Positions 1 to 11,055 of a DNA stretch of 52,591 nt are shown one piece after another. The translations under genes were made by a program, and so were the position numbers. Under the pieces are notes generated by a model that was not told the origin of the DNA, did not search any database, and saw only the letters and a program-made list of their open reading frames with translations. The stretch's first letter is position 1; each line of letters begins with the position of its first letter. This stretch comes from Chiloscyllium plagiosum (Eukaryota), in assembly GCF_004010195.1 (NCBI RefSeq), contig NC_057718.1, positions 74,992,289 through 75,044,879 of the forward strand. The letters are read 5' to 3'.

Positions 1-354
1 CATTTGCCACCTTTCTGCCCAGCTTTGCAGCTTATCTATATCCCGCTGTAACCTGCCAATTCCTTCCTCACTGTCAACAACTCCACTGACTTTCGTATCA
101 TCCGCAAACTTGCTCACCCAACCTTCTAGCCCCTCCTCCAGGTCATTTATAAAAATGACAAACAGCAATGGTCCCAAAACAGATCCTTGCGGAACACCGC
201 TAGTAACTGCCAGCATCTTGCCTAATTGCATCGTAATTACCTTTCCCTCAGCTGTAACTCTTGCCCATTGGTATACACCTATCCCTTTCTATCACTAAAG
301 TAAATATAACAGAATTGTGATCGCTATCACCAAAGTGCTCACCTACTTCCAAGT

Positions 355-921
355 CTACACCTGGCTGGGTTCATTACCCAGTACTAAATCTAATGCGGCT
401 TCGCCCCTTGTTGGCCTGTCTACATACTGTGTCAGGAAGCCCTCCTGCATACACTGGACAAAAACTGACCCATCTATAGTACTCGTACTATAGTGTTCCC
501 AGTCAATATTTGGAAAATTGAAGTCCTCCATGACTATTACCCTGTCTCTCTCACTCCTATCGAGAATCATCTTTGCTATCCTTTCCTCTACATCTCTGGA
601 ACTATTTGGAGGCCTAGAGAAAACTCCCAACAGGGTGACCTCTCCTTTCCTGTTTCTAACCTCAGCCCATACTACTCCACCTGACGAGTCCCCAAATATC
701 CTTTCTGCAACTGTAATACTGTCCTTGACCAACAATGCCACACCTCCCCCTCTTTTACCATATTCCCTGTTCTTACTGAAACACCTAAATCGTGGAACCT
801 GCAACAACCATTCCAGTCCCTGCTCTACCCATGTCTCCGAAATGGCCACAACATCGAAGCCCAAGGTACCAACCCATGCTGCAAGTTCACCCACCTTATT
901 CCAGCATTGAAGTAGACACAC
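355..921 (-). pseudogene. CR1 ORF2 apurinic-like endonuclease domain
   Basis: FDVVAISETW, GGGVALLVK, EDFNFPNIDW, PTRGEAALDLVL, followed by EHFGDSDHN. Confidence 0.92.
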
Positions 922-959
922 TTCAAACCAACCTCTTGCTTGCTGGTGTCATTTTGTGT

Positions 960-1973
960 CCCTGAAGCTTGATTTTGGACCTCCCTACTCTCAACCTTTT
1001 CTATACTCGAACTACAATTTTGGTTCCCATCCCACTCCTGGATTAGTTTAAACCCACCCCAATAGACTTAGCGAATCCCCCACCCCAAGATATTGGTACC
1101 CCTCTGGTTCAGATGAAGACCATCCTGCTTGTAGTGGTCCCACCTACCCCAGAAAGAGCTCCAATTATCCAAGAATCAAAAACCCTCCCTCCTGCACTAT
1201 CCCTGTAGCCACGTGTTCAACTTCTCTCTCTCCCTATTCTTCGCCTCACTAGCATGTGGCACGGGCAACAAACCAGAGACAACAACTCTGTTCGTCCTAG
1301 CTCTAAGCTTCCATCCTAACTCCCTGAATTTCTGCCTTAAATCCCCATCTCTCTTCCTACCTATGTCATTGGTGCGGACCACAACTTGGGGCTGCTCCCC
1401 CTCCCCCTTAAGGATCCCAAAAACACGATCAGAGACATCATGAACCCTGGCACCTGGGAGGCAACACACCAACCGTGAGTCTCTCTCGTCCCCACAGAAC
1501 CTCCTATCTGTCCTCCTAACTGTGGAGTCCCCAATGACTACTGCACTGTTCCTCTTCCCCCTTCCCTTCTGAGCAGGAGGGACAGACTCTGTGCCAGAGC
1601 CCTCTACCCCACTGCTTTCCCCTGGTAAGTCATCCCCCCCCAACAGTATCCAAAACGGTATTCTTATTGTTGAGGGGAATAGCCACAGGGGATCCCTGCA
1701 TTGCCTGCCGGTTCCCTTTCTGTCCCCTGCTTGTAACCCATCTGCCTTTTACTTGTACCTGAGGAGTGACTACCTCCCTGTAACTCGTCTCAATAATCCC
1801 CCTGCCTCCCGAATGATCCGAAGTTCATCCAGCTCTAGCTCCAGTTCCCTAACGCGGTTTTCGAGGAGCTGGAGTTGGGTGCACTTCCTGCAGATGCAGT
1901 CAGCAGGGACACTAGTGGTGACCCTTACCTCCCACATTCTGCAGGAGGAACATTCAACTGCCCTAACCTCCAT
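960..1973 (-). pseudogene. CR1 ORF1 (zinc finger, coiled coil, SGNH/GDSL esterase), frameshifted
   Basis: MEVRAVECSSCRMWEV..CICRKCTQLQLLENRVRELELEL and SAVVIGDSTVRRTDRRFCG..VCCLPGARVHDV lie in different frames. The 3' end is approximate. Confidence 0.88.
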
Positions 1974-2184
1974 TCCCACTATTCTAAATTCCCTAAGAGA
2001 CTGTTGAAAAATAAGGAATAAAAAATAAACTTGTTACCTTACCAATCTGGTGCACAGAACCTTTTGTTTTGGTTAGAGGAGGAGGATGGGTGGGAGACAC
2101 TACCCGAGTAGTGTTTTGGGTAACACAACCACACAAATATATGACTTAACAGAAGTCCTTCGCTCCTCCCTTGCACCCCTTGGC

Positions 2185-2456
2185 AAATGGTTCAAATTGC
2201 ACACTTAAGATAAAGGTAAGGAAGCATTTATTCTCTCAAAGGTTTGGGAATTTTAACAGCAGAAGCTGTTAAGACTGGCATGTTAAGGTATATGCAAGGT
2301 TGAGATAAACAGAATTTTAATCAGTAAGAAAATCAAGGATTATGGGGAAAATACAAAACAACTGGAGTTGAAGATTATCAGATTCATCATGATCTCATTG
2401 AATGGCAGAGCAGACTGGCTGAATGGTCTATTTCTGTTTTATGTTTTATGGCTTTA
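2185..2456 (+). mobile_element. Old CR1 3' end fragment
   Basis: Degenerate ORF2 end and CR1 3'UTR motif catgatctcattgaatggcagagcagac..gaatggtctatttctg with a (TTTTATG)-type tail. Confidence 0.75.
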
Positions 2457-2639
2457 ATTGGAATGCCATAGATGTCCTATGTCTTCTACCTTTGAGCTCA
2501 TTCTACATCTAATGGCTAATCCTTCACCACCTATCAAAGATAAAAAAAGACCTTTTGGAGAAAAAGAAAGACTGACATGTTGCTTAAAGATAGTAATAAA
2601 GAATAAAACCATCATAGATGGACAAAAACACTTGCAAGC

Positions 2640-3435
2640 ATGAAGTGGAGTTTAATTTTGATAAATGTGATGTGTTGCATTTTGGAAAGGCAAATCAGAG
2701 CAGCACTTAAATGTAAGGTTCTCAGGATTTTGCTGAGCAATGAGATCTTGGAGTGCAGGTTCATAGTTTCTTGAAAGTGGAGTCACAGGCGGATAGAATA
2801 GTGAGAAAGGCACTTTCCTTTATTGGTCAAAGCATTGAATATGGGAGTTGGGAGGTCATGTTGTGGTTGTACAGGACTTTGGTTAGACCACTTTTGGAAT
2901 ATTGTATGCAATTCTGGTCTCCTTCCTATTGGAAGGATGTTGTGAAACTTGAAAGCGTTCAGAAAAGATTTACAAGGAAGTTGCCAGGGTTGGAGTATTT
3001 GAGCAATAAGGAGATGTTGAATCGGCTGGGGCTGTTTTCCCTGGAGTGTCGGAGGCTGTGGGGTGACCTTATAGAGGTTTATAAAATCATGAGGGGTATG
3101 GATAGGATAAATAGACAAGGTTTTCTCCGGGGTGGGGGAGTCTAGAACTAGAGGGCATAGGTTTAGGGTGAGAAGGGAAAGATATAAAAGGGACCTAAGG
3201 GGCAACTTTTTCATGCAGAGGGTGGTACGAGTATGGATTGAGCTACCAGACGAAGTGGTGGAGGCTGGTACAATTGCAGCATTGAAGAGGCATCTGGATG
3301 GGTATATGAATAGGAAGGGTTTGGAGGGATATGGGCCAAGTCCTGGCAAATGGGACTAGATTAGTTTGGGATATCTGGTCAGCATGTACGGGTTGGATTG
3401 AAGAGTTTATTTCTGTGCTGTACATCTCTATGACT
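2640..3435 (+). mobile_element. 5'-truncated CR1 LINE (RT C-terminus and 3'UTR)
   Basis: LYRTLVRPLLEYCMQFWSP, SRTRGHRFRVR, GNFFMQRVVRVW, ending ctgtacatctctatgact. Confidence 0.95.
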
Positions 3436-3664
3436 TGATGATTCTAAGTGCAGTTACTAGCTTTTGCACAATAGCCAGCATGTAGAAATCCAGCAATCTT
3501 TCTGGGAAATAGTCTGTCCAACCCATCATGAATCTGTGCTGCATTCTAACACCTTTGCAAATCATGTAGTGCCAAAGGACACTGAGCCCAGCTGTGCAAA
3601 CAATCTGGTTCCAGCGATACAACCAGAGCTTATAAAATGAAGCAATTAAACAAAAGTATGTCAG

Positions 3665-4120
3665 CAAACTGGCATCAACAACAGGGACTGTGCCAGAGAC
3701 CTGCAAAAAAAACACAAGCATCAAGAATAGCAGCAAGATCTTCCAGTACAGTTACAACACTGGCATCTACCTGACAATATAGAAAATTGCCCAGCTGTGC
3801 CTATATGCAAAGCCAGTTACCATGCCAGGAAACTGTTCTTGATCATCAGTAAAGTGTTGGAAGGTATCATTAAGTGCATTATCAAGCTGCACCAGCTCAA
3901 CATTATCCTGCTCAGTGATGCCCAGTTTGGGTTCTGCCAGGCCACTTAGCTCCTGACCTTATTACAGCCTTGGTTCAAACAAGGACAATATTGTTGAAGC
4001 AAGAGGTGAGGTGAGAGTGACAGGCCTTGACATCAAGGTTGCATTCAAGCAAGTATGGCATAAATGAGCCAGACTGCCCAAAATGGAATCGATAAGTATT
4101 GGAGGGAAAATTCCTGAACT
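3665..4120 (+). mobile_element. Degraded non-LTR retrotransposon RT fragment (CR1/L2-group family with DIKxAFxxVWH motif)
   Basis: FQYSYNTGIY, DAQFGFCQ, LDIKVAFKQVWH. Closely similar to 21690-22800. Confidence 0.8.
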
Positions 4121-4147
4121 ATATGTACTTGTATTGTTGTAAGTTAA

Positions 4148-5165
4148 TGATCCAACCTACAACAATAAAGCTAATTACTTATAATGGAACATCCATCCTG
4201 TGCACGTGTATGTTGACAATGAAATGCAGCTGTGGAAATTCTGCCTTGAAACCAAAATTATTATACTTGGTGTACACAATTAGACCAGCAATATCAGAAC
4301 TACCAGCATGTTTGGAACTCAACAATGTGACCGCCCAGGAGATCACCAAGATAGCAATTGCAGCAGAAAAGGACAAGAATGCATGTAATCATACACAGAA
4401 ACTTCAATGCCATAAGGAACTTCAAAGCTTGCACCTCAGGGGAGATACAATTCCATCAAACTAACCTCCCAGAAAGTGAAGTGCTCTCATGTAAGAGAAG
4501 CTTAAGAGCAAGCTGTACAATATGAAAAATAATGTCATGATCAGTTGTGTCTATCAGCACACAGCCTGGAGCAGTTCTAGTCCTAAAAAAAGGCACAATT
4601 AGAGTCGGTTTAGAAAGGATAGATAGATGCTCCCATAAAATTCCGAAATTAGAAGAATTGAATCCCAAATTCAGAGGAGCTAAATTATTTTCCAAATTGG
4701 ATGTTAAGGATTGATATTGGTTTGTTCACTAGTCAAAGGAATCTCTGAAAACCATAACTTTCAGAACATCATTTGGAAAATATTGCTTCCAGAGACTATC
4801 TCTCAATCTAGCTGTCAGTCAGAAAATGGATAGAATTACAGAAAGTATTCCTGCATGTGAATGCATTGCTGATGATATTGAGGTGATGGGCAAAATCAAT
4901 TGCTTTTTTGAATTTTTTACTTTCAGACTTTAGGCTTCAAAGATACTTCAACAAGTGAAATATTCAATTCTTCAGTTCACCTGAATGTATCATATCTGAC
5001 AAAAGGCCACAACATAAACACAGCCCTTTTCAGGGACATGTGTGCCAAATGGGAAATAAATTATGTGACAGCCTCACCACATTGTCCCAGATCCAAAAGT
5101 CTCACTGACTGAATGATCTGAGCCATCAAAAATTTATCATAAAGTACAGGCAATGATTTTCACCA
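4148..5165 (+). mobile_element. Gypsy-type LTR retrotransposon pol remnant (post-protease, RT and integrase pieces)
   Basis: IQPTTIKLITYNGTSI..PAISELPACLELN (protease tail); QKMDRITESIPACECIADDIEVMG (RT DD motif, ~4820-4890); PECIISD and DMCAKWEINYVTASPHCPRS (integrase core, ~4980-5130). Confidence 0.75.
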
Positions 5166-6129
5166 TCATACAAACTCTTTATGACTTAAATTTTTCTACC
5201 CTTGATTCTACGTAAGTAGCTTTACAACTACTCTACTCTATATATATATTTTCACTCAGTGCATAGATTTTCACACAGATATTCTGATAGCTAGATCGTC
5301 ATTGAGGCAGCATAGACTGAAATTGCATTTTGGGGCAGAGTGAATTTCCTGACGTAGCTGACTCTGAGGGAAATTGAAGATTCCAAACAGAAATTCCCCT
5401 ACATTTGGAATTCTCTGAAAAAGCCCCTTTAACTCAGAGACAGACAAGGGCTCCAACTCATTTCAGCTTAATAGTTAGAATTGTGGTTTCCAGCACACAT
5501 CTTGATCAACTGTTGGATTGCAGAGTCATGGAGAGTTGATCTCACAAACAGTCAGTCTCATTGCCTGCCTGTATTTCCTTGCCATGCGCATGTTGATTAT
5601 CACGCTGATGCATGATTTCCACTTCAGGAAGTTGCATGGCTAGAGAAAAGTGCATGCTCTTAACTGGCTTTGTCAGCTTGGTACATCTTGTTTCAGTTTG
5701 GTCCAGGTGGGCTACCATTGCAGGATAAAGTAAGCTTTGTGATGGCAATGCAAACACATGAATAAGAAATAATGCTAGCTATTGATTTGTGAAGACAGTA
5801 TGTTATAATACTCGAAACATAGAAAGCTATCATGTCCATGTGGACTCTCTGCAAGAGAAGCTTAACTCATCTCATTCCTGCAGCTTTTTTTCTTCAACTG
5901 TTTACAAGTCAATGCAGGAAAATGAAAAATTACAAAAAAATGCTGCCACTCCCTACATCCAATATGCAAACAACACAAATCTAGTAAGGGTTCCTGAAAC
6001 AAATCGTGACAACGGAAATGTCTCCAATTTCAAAGCAGCCATAAATATTCTGATGTTTTTGAGGGGCAGGTCCAGAGGCTTACCTGCAGAGTGACCAGCA
6101 GCAAGGTGATGTTACAAACTGCAAGGTGA

Positions 6130-6880
6130 AACAATGATGATGACTGTTGAACCTGGACCACCTAAAAAGAAACTGAAAACATACAACTTTCACAAGATAA
6201 TACACTGCTGTTTAAATTGAAAAAAGACTGTAAAAGTATTTGCTTTATTTGTCGCCAAAGTATATCAATAAGTAAAAAGGGAAATTTGGAACAACAGCAC
6301 AAAACAATGCACAGTGAATTCAAAGCTAGCTTTCCCTTAAACAACATGGCTTCAGAAAAAGTGAATTGTCATTTTTTTCAAAACAAGCAGGAGAAATTAA
6401 GTCCTGCACCGAAGAATCATTTTGAATTTGTTATCTTCTGGTCAAACAAAAGATATCATTCATTGATGGCGAAGCAATTAAAGATAAATGACGGTGTCCA
6501 CTGACTCTTTATGAACAAAAGAAGAAACAAAAATGGCATTCAGATCATGTTTTTTTTATGCTTCCAGAATACCAATATGAATGGAATCTTTGTCTGAAGA
6601 TGTCTTTCATTAACTATAGCAGGATCTGAAGGACTGTGAATGCTTCTCATTAATGTTTGATGAATCTATTGATAAGACCAATACAGTCCAGCAGATTTTC
6701 GTTTTTTTTGCATGGTTTTTAAAGAAATAACTAAAGAAGATCTTCTCATCCCTTTGCTCTTAAGGAGAGAATCATGGGTAAGGATATTTGCAATGAACTC
6801 AAAAGCTACTTGTTTGAGAAAAACATTCTCGTCAAAAACTGGTTTCCATCAGAACAGATGGTGTACCAGCCATGTTTTGT
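6130..6880 (+). mobile_element. hAT-Charlie-type transposase fossil (GTF2IRD2/EPM2AIP1-like)
   Basis: PPKKKLKTYNFH, SICFICRQSISISKKGNLEQQHKTMH (BED-like finger), DCECFSLMFDESID (first catalytic D), LVSIRTDGVPAM (second D). Multiple frameshifts. Confidence 0.85.
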
Positions 6881-7011
6881 TGCATTAACTTTACTCAACT
6901 AATGAAACTTGTTGTTAAGATTGAGACTCCAAGATCCTTGGCCATTAAGACTAGCCATCGTGGCTGCGAGATCAGACCATGCCAACCTTGCCACCAGAAT
7001 GCACAACACAG

Positions 7012-7432
7012 TACACAGAAACAGGAGCAAGCCATCCAGCCCCTTGAGCTATTCAGTGAGATCTTTGCTGATCCATGGCATAAGTCCATAAACTTGCCTT
7101 TGGCCCATATCCGTTAATATCTTTGTTTAACAAACAATTATCCATCTCAAATTTAAAATTAACAACTGATCTAGCATCCACTGCCATTCATGGAAAAAAA
7201 GTTACAAATATCTTTCTTACATCTCTCCTAAACTGTCTGGCCTTAATTCTCAGAATATGTCCCAGTTCTAGAATCCCCAGCCAGTGGAAACAGTTTATCT
7301 TTGTCTACGGTGTCTTTTCCTGTTAATATCTTGAGGATTTCGGTCAGACCAGCTTAACCTTCTGGATTTTAAATAAAACAAGCCTAATTTGTATAATCTC
7401 TCCTCATAACTAAATGCCTGAGGTCCGGGAAT
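7012..7432 (-). mobile_element. Old CR1 3' fragment
   Basis: Antisense CR1 3'UTR (ccatccagccccttgagc..ttcagtgagatc) and ORF2 end. Confidence 0.8.
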
Positions 7433-7599
7433 AAGTGCCACCATCTCCCCTCACATTGACTCTATCTCTGCGACTGTACCCACCTCCTAATCAAGGATCA
7501 TGCTCATGTGGCCTGCAACATGTTCCCCACTTGGTGTCACCCACCCAAACCCTGACAGCACTACCCCCACATGTCCACTGCATTGCCTACTCACTCATT

Positions 7600-7765
7600 C
7601 ATATCACCTCTCCACCATACCAACAAGTAACTGCTGTTGTCACCACTTTAGTCTTTCATGATACCTGCTAGTCTCTTATTCCAGGAACATAACAGGCCAC
7701 AAAAGGGCAGAAAGTGTCAAAACGGATGATGCGCTGCTCATCTTTGGCCTCCTCTACCCTTGTCT
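7600..7765 (+). mobile_element. Possible Harbinger Myb/SANT-protein remnant
   Basis: After an acceptor-like tcttattccag, ITGHKRAESVKTDDALL..LLYP weakly resembles the AHNRxERxKTGGG segment of Harbinger Myb/SANT proteins. Confidence 0.25.
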
Positions 7766-9374
7766 GTATAGCACTCTTTCTCTGACCACTTGAGCAAGGC
7801 CTGGACTGGTATTGACTTTGACTAACTGTAGTGTGACATACTGAGCAAAAGCTATTCCTTGACTAGATTAAGACTGGCTCACAATCGTGTCAAGATTCTT
7901 GACTTTGTTTAAGCCCTACATGGCACAGCAAGACCAGTAATATGACGATGGTATTGTTGGCTGAGGGAGGAAGAGCAAAAACCAATACAAGCCAGGGATG
8001 CCCTGAGTCTCCATGGAGGCTCAGAGTAAGTAATCACTGTGAAAGTGGGTGAAGAGTCCAGAGATGCAGCCTAATCAAGTCAATGAGCTGGGAGCATGTC
8101 TCTGAGTGCAGTGTCCTTCTGCAGCATTACAATGACAGTTGCTAGCGCAACCTGAAATGCATCATTGAAGTGCAGAGGTAGCCTCAAAGTGGATCAAAGA
8201 TGTGCGACAAAGGTTCATAGAGACTGGTAAATGTCAGAAAGCAATGCTCATGGATGGAGGTTGTTCATGGAGTCTACCCAAGATGTTGGTGTGCAGTGTG
8301 CATGGGGGTCTTTTGAAGCAAGAACTAACAAGAACCCAAGCTAAGTTCTGAGAATGGGTTCTAGGAAGAGAGGATCACTGGTGAGCTGGGGGCCCAGTTT
8401 AATATTTACTCATGAATTAGAGACAGGCTTTAATTCTCTAACACAGTGGTGTCCAATTTCTTAAGCACAAGCTCACTTTTTGAATTTCAGTACAACCCAA
8501 GATGAACCCCAAAGAAAATATAGAATAGCAGTTTTTATTTAGTGGTATAGAAAACTGAGCCATGGTGAGTCAGACTATTAACAAGATGCTTAACAAGTAA
8601 TAATGAGGGCTTGCTGCTGCCTAGCAAGAATCTAATCAGACCGCTTGAGAAATGTTTGCAAGATTTGATGAAATGAGCCTTGCCGAAGTAGGCCTTGCCA
8701 AACAGCTCACTTGATTTTACCACTCATCTTGCCAGAGCCCACTTCACTCAAAGCCTGATGTGATTCTGCTCAAAGTCTTATGTGTGAGAAAATTGCAGGA
8801 AATGCATTCATCATTTCAACTGCAAATTTCAGCTTTTAAAAATATACTTCTGTGATTGCATGATCTTTGAAGCAGACTACAGTAATTTGCAGGTATCTTT
8901 AAAATCTGAAATGCAGAATGAATAGAGAGACAAGTTTCAGTTCATAGAAGTAAGATGCCCCGATAGAAAAGCTGTACTTCTATCCTGTGTTGCATAATGG
9001 TCATGAGACAATAAAATTATGAGGTTAATTTGGTTCAGAAATAGTCAGCTTTAGATTGTGATGCCCTCCTTTATTAAATTAGAGAATGAAAATTGGAGCC
9101 TTGTTGTCTACAATCTGCAGGCAGATTAGTATTTTGTAGATTGACAAGGATGCAGAAACATAATTCAAGATGCTAACTCTTTGCTCCTCTTTGAGAAAAA
9201 AAAGTGATTTGTAATGCAGAAGCTTATGCAAGGATTCTAAGCATTTTTAAAAGTATTGGCAAGTGATAAAGGTGAGTTATGGGATATTTTCTTTATATTT
9301 GAGTAGCTGAACCATCAAAGGAGATTTGTTCCAAAAGTTCAAAATATATATTGCTCAAATCATTGATAGTTATA

Positions 9375-9492
9375 GATATTTCTTAAATCAGTCTGTTCAG
9401 ACATGTTAAGATGCATCTTTGGAGCATGTGGGGCTTGAGCCCAGGTCATCTGACCCAGAGAAAGAAGTACTACTGCAGCATCAAAAGCCCTC
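9375..9492 (-). mobile_element. Short (~110 bp) tRNA-derived SINE, old copy
   Basis: Reverse complement has A-box/B-box-like gctgcagtagta..ctgggctcaagcccc and matches copies at ~16450, 24480, 24708, 26165, 30140 and 30452. Confidence 0.6.
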
Positions 9493-9859
9493 ATAGGTGG
9501 GTAGATAGTTTTGATCAACTTGTTCTGACATGTTGGGAATATATTCATAGATGAGCTGAAAAAGTGTTGCTGGAAAAGCGCAGCAGGTCAGGCAGCATCC
9601 AAGGAGCAGGAGAATCGACGTTTCGGGCATGAGCCCTTTTTCAGGAATGACGAAAGTGTGTCCAGCAGGCTAAGATAAAAGGTAGGGAGGAGGGACTTGG
9701 GGGAGCTCATCTATGAATATATTCCCAACATGTCAGAACAAGTTGATCAAAACTATCTACCCACCTATGAGGGCTTTTGATGCTGCAGTAGTACTTCTTT
9801 CTCTGGGTCAGATGACCTGGGCTCAAGCCCCACATGCTCCAAAGATGCATCTTAACATG
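9402..9859. repeat. Perfect 156-bp inverted repeat (9402-9557 / 9704-9859) with 146-bp spacer
   Basis: Checked base by base in 10-nt blocks with no mismatch. Confidence 0.97.
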
Positions 9860-10012
9860 CAGGTCCTTGGACTCCTCCATCGCTAGACCATAGCACTCCA
9901 CCTTGGTGGAGTGGGAGGGGGAGTTGAAGTGTTGAGCCACGGGGTGGTTGGGTTGGTTGGTCCGGGTGTCCCAGAGGTGTTCCCTGAAATGTTCCGCAAG
10001 TAGGCGGCCTGT
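9558..10012 (-). mobile_element. Rearranged Penelope-like element insertion (pLTR piece and GIY-YIG-region pieces)
   Basis: 9558-9703 is antisense pLTR (gctggaaaagcgcagcaggtcaggcagcatcc..cgacgtttcgggc). 9901-10012 antisense encodes GRLLAEHFREHLWDT..PVAQHFNSPSHSTK. 9856-9895 is a sense-strand piece (MQVLGLLHR). Confidence 0.9.
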
Positions 10013-10592
10013 TTATATAGCAAAGAAAAGGATCATCAACCCATCGAGTCTGCATTGTCAAAACTGCCACTAACAGTGTGCTCATCCCAATTTCCCACAC
10101 TTGTTCCATATCCTTGAATGTTATGATATTTGAAATATGCATCCAACTATTTTTTAAAGGTTGTAAGGTTTCCAACCTCCTCTATCTTCCAAGCAGTGCA
10201 TTCTAGATTCCCACCAACCACTGAGTGAAAAATAGTTTTCTAAAATCCCCTCTGAAACTCTTGCCCTTACCCTATGCCCACTCATAGACCCATCAATCAA
10301 GGGGAACAGTTGCTCTCTATTCATCCTGAACATACCACTCATAATTATAAGCCTTACTAGTCTGTCCATATAGCTCAGTTCTCCATCCCAAGCAACATCC
10401 TGGTGACCTTCCTCTGTATTCCCTCTAGTGCTATCACATTCTTCCTGTAGTGGGTTGACCAGAACTGCGCACAATATTCCGCTGTGACCTGACCAATAAT
10501 CTGTACAACTCCAACATTACCTCCTTGCTCTTATACTCTATACCACATCTGATGAAAGCAAGCATTCCATATGCCTTCTTAATTATCCTATT

Positions 10593-10897
10593 AGATTACT
10601 TACAGTGTGGTACTAGACCCTTCGGCCCAACAAGTCCACACCGACCCTCTGAAGAGCAACCCATTCCCCTACATTTACCCCTTCACCTAACACTATGGGC
10701 AATTTAACATGGCCAATTCACCTAATCTGCACATTTTTTGGACTATGGGAGGAAACCGGAGCACCTGGAGGAAACCCATGCAGACATGGGGAGAATGTGC
10801 AAACTCCAGACAGACAGTTGCCTGAGGTGGGAAGTGAACCTGGGTCTCTGGTGCTGTGAGGCAGCAGTGCTAACCACTGTGCCACCGTGCCGCCCAC
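10593..10897 (-). mobile_element. HE1 SINE (V-SINE)
   Basis: tRNA-like head gggcggcacggtggcacagtggttagcactgctgcctcacag, V-domain ggagtttgcacattctcccc..ggtttcctcc, AATCT tail. Confidence 0.95.
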
Positions 10898-10992
10898 AAA
10901 GCAAGGAGCAATCTGACAGATCCGTTTTACCACAGAATGAAAACTTTATTTCCTCGATTTATCCCAGTGCCTTTCCTTTCAAACCACATTAC

Positions 10993-11055
10993 TGCGGTGG
11001 CCGGGAATCGAACCCGGGTCAACTGCTTGGAAGCTCACCACTATACCATCATCAC
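10993..11055 (-). pseudogene. tRNA-Gly(TCC) pseudogene
   Basis: Reverse complement reads TGGTATAGTGGTGAGC[9-nt deletion]TTCCAAGCAGTTGACCCGGGTTCGATTCCCGGCC, matching vertebrate tRNA-Gly-TCC. The 5' strand of the anticodon stem is deleted and the acceptor stem is mismatched. Confidence 0.92.

Larger units (their letters stand above)
1..2170 (-). mobile_element. CR1 LINE retaining its 5' end (5'UTR, ORF1, endonuclease, part of RT); internally deleted and running off the window start
   Basis: Minus-strand translations: ORF1 CxxC..CxxC plus coiled coil (1770-1979); esterase motif VVIGDS..CCLPGA..TNDIG (1197-1643); APE endonuclease (355-921); [32 protein letters not shown] (1-210). Confidence 0.95.

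Noticed and set aside
1197..1643. Host GDSL/SGNH esterase gene
   Set aside because: It lies between a CR1 zinc finger and a CR1 endonuclease; esterase domains are an established part of CR1 ORF1.
9612..9650. Active hammerhead in the 9558 PLE (also ~26580-26612 and ~29955-29985)
   Set aside because: The cores are mutated (CTGAAAA; ATGATGA..AAAACATC; CTAACGA), so these are probably inactive remnants.
10993..11055. Functional tRNA-Gly gene
   Set aside because: A 9-nt deletion removes the 5' anticodon-stem strand, and the acceptor stem no longer pairs.
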